Assembly (NCBI GenBank): GCA_043819555.1
Contig: JBDREQ010000063.1
Coordinates: forward strand, 96,001 to 160,000
Reading direction: 5' to 3'
Source: Candidatus Zixiibacteriota bacterium
Lineage (GTDB): Bacteria > Zixibacteria > MSB-5A5 > GN15 > JAAZOE01
DNA: 64,000 nt
The position numbers were made by a program, and so were the translations under genes. Every line of letters starts with the position of its first letter. Positions within the stretch are counted from its first letter, which is position 1. The notes under the pieces are model-generated. The model saw nothing but the letters and a program-made list of their open reading frames with translations. It had not been told where the DNA came from and did not search any database. Shown here one piece after another: positions 60,112 to 64,000 of the stretch.

Positions 60112-60998
60112 GCTGACGCTTTCTTCCTTTGTTTTTCCATTAATGCTTTGGCGAACAAAGCGGCACCAAAAGCTCCGGCAATCTGAGTGTCGTATTTCGA
60201 TTTGAGAGCGGTTACGTTTAGTTCTTTCTCGAGGCGTTTGACGACGCCGGCGTTTTTGGCAATTCCTCCGGTTATGGCAAAATCCGTCTCAACGCCGACC
60301 CGTTCCAATAACGAAACAACGCGATGAGCCATAGCCGAGCAGTAAGCTGCCAAAACTCTCTTTTTTGACCAGCCTTCACGCAAAAGTGAAGACGCTTCCG
60401 ATTTGGCAAAAACGACACAGGTCGAAGAAACCGGCGGCGGTTCTTCTTCAACATCAAGAGACATCTCACCGACTTCCTCAATCGGAATCGCCAGAAGATC
60501 AGCGAAAACCTCCATGCCTCGTCCGGTTCCAGCGGCGCACTTATCATTCATGAGGAAGTTTTTGACTTTGCCTTTTTCATCGCACAGGATCGCTTTACAA
60601 TCCTGTCCGCCCATATCGAGAATAGTCCGAACGGTATTGCCGTACATCAAATTGCCGCCACGGGCATGGCATGCGATTTCAGTAATAGCCCGATCTGCAA
60701 ACGGTACATTGACGCGCCCATATCCGGTTCCAACGGTGTAATGCACATCAGCAATTGTCAATCCGGTATTTTCCAGCGCCCAGTTCATGGCATTTTTGGC
60801 GCTGTTGGGGCTGTCTGAACCGGTGCGCATATTGGAGTACGCGTAAAGCTCCCCATCCAGAAGTATGACCGCCTGCGAGCTTACCGAACCGACATCGACT
60901 CCTGCCGAGATAATATCAGCGCTTTTGGGATCTTTGTTTTCATCGTGCCAGTTATATTCTTTCCAGCGCCAGAATTCTTTTTTATTCTCCGTCATCAT
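60108..60998 (-). CDS. bzdQ: Benzoyl-CoA reductase (bzd-type) ATPase subunit Q
   Basis: EFWRW.E, GVDVGSVSSQ, TEIACHARG, MNDKCAAGTGRG, CVVF. Confidence 0.92.
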   Translation of the reverse strand: MMTENKKEFWRWKEYNWHDENKDPKSADIISAGVDVGSVSSQAVILLDGELYAYSNMRTGSDSPNSAKNAMNWALENTGLTIADVHYTVGTGYGRVNVPFADRAITEIACHARGGNLMYGNTVRTILDMGGQDCKAILCDEKGKVKNFLMNDKCAAGTGRGMEVFADLLAIPIEEVGEMSLDVEEEPPPVSSTCVVFAKSEASSLLREGWSKKRVLAAYCSAMAHRVVSLLERVGVETDFAITGGIAKNAGVVKRLEKELNVTALKSKYDTQIAGAFGAALFAKALMEKQRKKASA

Positions 60999-61768
60999 TT
61001 ATTCCTTTCCCCGGCGACAATCGCGGCGCCGAGAGCGCTCACGTAATCCGGATCTTCGGGAACGATAAGTTCGGTTTCCAGGCTTCTCTGGATGGCGTCA
61101 ACGAAACCGGGACTATGAGAAACGCCACCGATTAGAGCGATGTCATTGTTGATCCCCACTCGGCGAACCATCGAGACGATTCGGCTGGCAATAGCATCAT
61201 GCACCGCCCGAGAAATATCTTGCTTCGGCGTTTTGGCATGGACCAGCGAAACGACTTCGCTTTCGGCGAAAACGGCGCATTGCGCGTTCATTGGAATCGA
61301 TTTGTCTGATTGCAACGATAGTTTCCCGAATTCTTCGAGCGAGACGTCCAATGCTCGCGACATCGATTCAGCAAATGCTCCGGCTCCGGCCGCGCATTTT
61401 TCATTGACGGCAAAATCGATGACTTTTCCCTCGGCGTCAATTTTTATCGCCCGGCCTTCTTCAGCGCCGACATCGATCACGGTTTGCACACCTTTTTTCA
61501 AATGAACCATGCCTTTGGCGGCCGCGCCAACATCGGTAATATCCGAATGCGCATTGGGTGCGTTTTTGCGACCGGCCCCGGTAGCGGTAATGTGAGCAAT
61601 TGTTCCGGAATCGATTCCCGCCATGTCAACCGCCTCTTTCATACAAGCCGAAGCCGCTTCAAGCGGATCAAAACCGGTCGTAGCCATGGCTTTGCCCTTG
61701 ACAGCTCCATCCTGCAGAATGACCACCTTAACATATTTGGCGCCCATGTCTATACCTGCGGTAATCAT
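60995..61768 (-). CDS. bzdP: Benzoyl-CoA reductase ATPase subunit P
   Basis: GIDMGA, DVGAEEGR, NEKCAAGAG, NAQCAVFAESE. Confidence 0.9.
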   Translation of the reverse strand: MITAGIDMGAKYVKVVILQDGAVKGKAMATTGFDPLEAASACMKEAVDMAGIDSGTIAHITATGAGRKNAPNAHSDITDVGAAAKGMVHLKKGVQTVIDVGAEEGRAIKIDAEGKVIDFAVNEKCAAGAGAFAESMSRALDVSLEEFGKLSLQSDKSIPMNAQCAVFAESEVVSLVHAKTPKQDISRAVHDAIASRIVSMVRRVGINNDIALIGGVSHSPGFVDAIQRSLETELIVPEDPDYVSALGAAIVAGERNK

Positions 61769-61806
61769 TTATCCTCCTCTATATAAAATCTATTTTTCAA
61801 ATTAAA

Positions 61807-63123
61807 TCACGCGGTTTTTGTTGTTTGCTCCAATATGTCATAACCCAAAGTTTCCATGAAGGAATCTATCCGCGTTACAGTTCTCTTTTCATCAAATTCA
61901 CGTTCGTCGCCCATATTTCCCTCGAATGTCATAACCGGAACTCCGGCTTTTGCAATACCGAGACGATTTTCCATGATACCGCATGACAGCCCTTCGCAGC
62001 CGCGATTAAGATGCAGCATAACGCCGTCAAGCTTCCACTGTTTGACAATTTGCAGCATCATTTCGGTTTTGATGTTAGGATCATAGAAATGCTGCCATTC
62101 CGGTTTGGAGAGATTCCAATCGGCCAGATGCCTTAGAGCCTGGTCGCGGGTGGTGATGTCTTCGCCTTTTTGCATCGGCGTTGTTCGCGGTCCCCAGGTA
62201 CCATCAGGTTTGGTCTCCCAGATGCCAATCAAGCCAAACGTGTACAACGATCCCACTGAAATTGCGCCGAATTTTTCAAGATACCGAAAGACCTTTAAAA
62301 ATCCCCAGGGCGGCTGAGTATCCGACATCAAGCGGCACTTTTCATTCGGAACTGCGGCAATATTGTTATCAACCCGGTATTTTACTTCATCGCGCAGTTC
62401 TTCATAAAAGTCGGCGATTTCTTTGTTGTGTTTGGCCAGAGTACCGTGGACATAAAGCGAGTACATTGTTTTTTCATCAAGCGGGGCCGGTTTGGCCATA
62501 TTGAGATAACATATCTCAGCCCAGGTCGATGTCGAACGCATCTCGTTTTTGACCGCTTCGATCAAAAGCTCATCCTGATACTTGCGCCCGGTAGTTTTTT
62601 CGAGCCATTCGATTGATTCATGCATCTGATTGACGACAAACATCAGTCGGTCTTCGTCTAGGTCCTTGTATGGACCCACCGATACATCAATACAGAAATA
62701 CGGAATCTTTTTGTATTCGGCGACATGCTGATACCATTTGGCATGGCTGCAGCAAATGTGATCCTGAAAACAAAAATCCGGTTTGGGGTATTCACCGCCG
62801 AAAGCATATTTATTAAGATACATCGAGCCCCAGTAATTGCGCATGTAACTGCACAAATCGCGCGCCCAGCCTTTGGCTTCGGCCGCTTCCAGACATTCCA
62901 TCGATAGTTTTTTGTCAAACGCGATTGAGGCGCCATACGGTTCGCCGGTGATGTTGTAAACATCATGGCCCAGTCCGGCCGGAATCGCATCGAATGACCA
63001 GGCTCCGCCCGTCCAGCGGATGCCGCCTTTTGTGTGGGCGTTCTGGTAATCCTCATAGTATTTTTGCCGCAACTCTTTGGCTTTTTTCCAGCTTTTCAGC
63101 GGCTCCGTTTTATATACAGCCAT
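61807..63123 (-). CDS. bzdO: Benzoyl-CoA reductase subunit O
   Basis: [43 protein letters not shown]. Confidence 0.92.
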   Translation of the reverse strand: MAVYKTEPLKSWKKAKELRQKYYEDYQNAHTKGGIRWTGGAWSFDAIPAGLGHDVYNITGEPYGASIAFDKKLSMECLEAAEAKGWARDLCSYMRNYWGSMYLNKYAFGGEYPKPDFCFQDHICCSHAKWYQHVAEYKKIPYFCIDVSVGPYKDLDEDRLMFVVNQMHESIEWLEKTTGRKYQDELLIEAVKNEMRSTSTWAEICYLNMAKPAPLDEKTMYSLYVHGTLAKHNKEIADFYEELRDEVKYRVDNNIAAVPNEKCRLMSDTQPPWGFLKVFRYLEKFGAISVGSLYTFGLIGIWETKPDGTWGPRTTPMQKGEDITTRDQALRHLADWNLSKPEWQHFYDPNIKTEMMLQIVKQWKLDGVMLHLNRGCEGLSCGIMENRLGIAKAGVPVMTFEGNMGDEREFDEKRTVTRIDSFMETLGYDILEQTTKTA

Positions 63124-63146
63124 TTATTCTCCCTTTCTTGTAATCA

Positions 63147-64000
63147 TTAAAATAATTCTTCCACCCCCAACATTTCCAAAAATGCCTCGACCCTGATTCT
63201 AAACTGACCCATAGGGACGGTAACATCGAATTCAAGGAAAAGAGTCGGGAAGCCGTTACTGTTTAGATACTCTTTCAGCGGGACCATGTCGCATTCGTGG
63301 GGGTCACAGAATTTCTGTTGAATGAGAATTATGCCTTCGACATTGTAATCCTGAGCCAGCTTGAGGATATGCGGAAATCTGGTTCGTTCTTCCCAGTCTT
63401 TGGTCGGACAGGGGGGGCGGTCAACGTATCGATTGGTAATATCCTGGATAATGTCCCCTTTGAATTCGGTTTCATTCCAGAAGTAACGCGATCCGGTGCA
63501 ATGGTCATCGACAACAACGGTCGCCCCGACGTTTTCGACCATCTTGATAAATTCAGTGTCATCGTCTTCTGAACCGACAATCATCAATCGTCCACCGGTT
63601 TCGCGGTCGAGCTTTCGTGATTTCAATTCCGGCAGGATACGCTTCAATTCGGCGTTGTGATCTTTTTTATCAACGAAAAAGGATGAGGCGACCATGACCA
63701 TCGCTTCCAGGCCAGTTAAGGGAGGATTGGGACCCTGGCGAAGCTCGTAGACTTCTCGCATCAAACGGCGGTTTTCATTATACAGCTCGGCCGCCTCCCG
63801 AAGCTTTTCGTCGGAAATGGGATTACCTGTCCATTCTTCAACAGCCTTTTTGAATTTAGCAAGTTCGGTCGCATAATAAGTGTAAGCATGTTCCGTCTGA
63901 ACTTTGTTGGGCATGTATATGTAATAGCTGAATTCTTCGGGAACATGATTTTTCCACGAAGTGTAGGCCTGCCGCAAATGCAGACATGACTGGGCAATGA
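63147..64000 (-). CDS. bzdN: Benzoyl-CoA reductase subunit N (5' end beyond the window)
   Basis: DDHCTGSRY, PPCPTKD, QQKFCDPH, GQFRIRVEAFLE; frame open to the window edge. Confidence 0.9.
   Translation of the reverse strand, partial: IAQSCLHLRQAYTSWKNHVPEEFSYYIYMPNKVQTEHAYTYYATELAKFKKAVEEWTGNPISDEKLREAAELYNENRRLMREVYELRQGPNPPLTGLEAMVMVASSFFVDKKDHNAELKRILPELKSRKLDRETGGRLMIVGSEDDDTEFIKMVENVGATVVVDDHCTGSRYFWNETEFKGDIIQDITNRYVDRPPCPTKDWEERTRFPHILKLAQDYNVEGIILIQQKFCDPHECDMVPLKEYLNSNGFPTLFLEFDVTVPMGQFRIRVEAFLEMLGVEELF

Noticed and set aside
3673..61809. Selenocysteine readthrough at other TGA stops (dpaL, histidine kinase, DUF35, had, PanE-like, bzdV, bzdQ, bzdO)
   Set aside because: The proteins look full length at those stops and no Cys-equivalent context was evident
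39399..62907. Many 60-170 aa plus-strand ORFs opposite the minus-strand catabolic genes
   Set aside because: Antisense shadows of well-supported genes, with no recognisable motifs
1..64000. CRISPR arrays, rRNA/tRNA genes, transposases or integrases
   Set aside because: No regularly spaced repeats, cloverleaf-like segments or recombinase motifs were recognised by eye; a tRNAscan/Infernal run would be needed to exclude small RNAs fully

Overview
Bacterial chromosomal window. LptC and a probable outer-membrane barrel indicate a diderm; the Fe-S and radical enzymes indicate an anaerobe or facultative anaerobe. A C-terminal 'CGDANG..VGDAVY.IN..FKGG' dockerin-like domain suggests Zixibacteria or a related FCB lineage (inference). 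From 1-35 kb it holds housekeeping and accessory genes: yceI, dpaL, a kinase/histidine kinase/receiver-GcvH signalling operon, a hybrid kinase, a Crp/Fnr regulator with an Fe-S target, hflX, a DUF5131/XRE-IrrE/PIN islet, pfkA, glgP, an M6 protease, an OsmC-DUF302-FmdB-thioredoxin operon, pcrA, hemW, lepB and lptC. From 35.9 kb to the window end runs a >28 kb anaerobic aromatic-degradation cluster: bzd-type class I benzoyl-CoA reductase (bzdNOPQ, bzdM, bzdV-like), dch/had/oah, a 4-subunit 2-oxoacid:ferredoxin oxidoreductase, two beta-oxidation modules and Mo/Se-hydroxylase maturation genes. Embedded in it is a module (lone 2-hydroxyacyl-CoA dehydratase alpha subunit, activase, ADP-forming CoA ligase, Na+ symporter, PanE-like reductase) that may be an undescribed aryl-lactate route into benzoyl-CoA. 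Other signals: a candidate FmdB selenoprotein with a SECIS-like hairpin, an orphan fumC 3' remnant, a probable frameshift in the hybrid kinase, a candidate ECF-dependent sRNA and several promoter/operator motifs. No rRNA, tRNA, CRISPR array or transposase was seen. All calls come from motif recognition by eye; no database searches were run.
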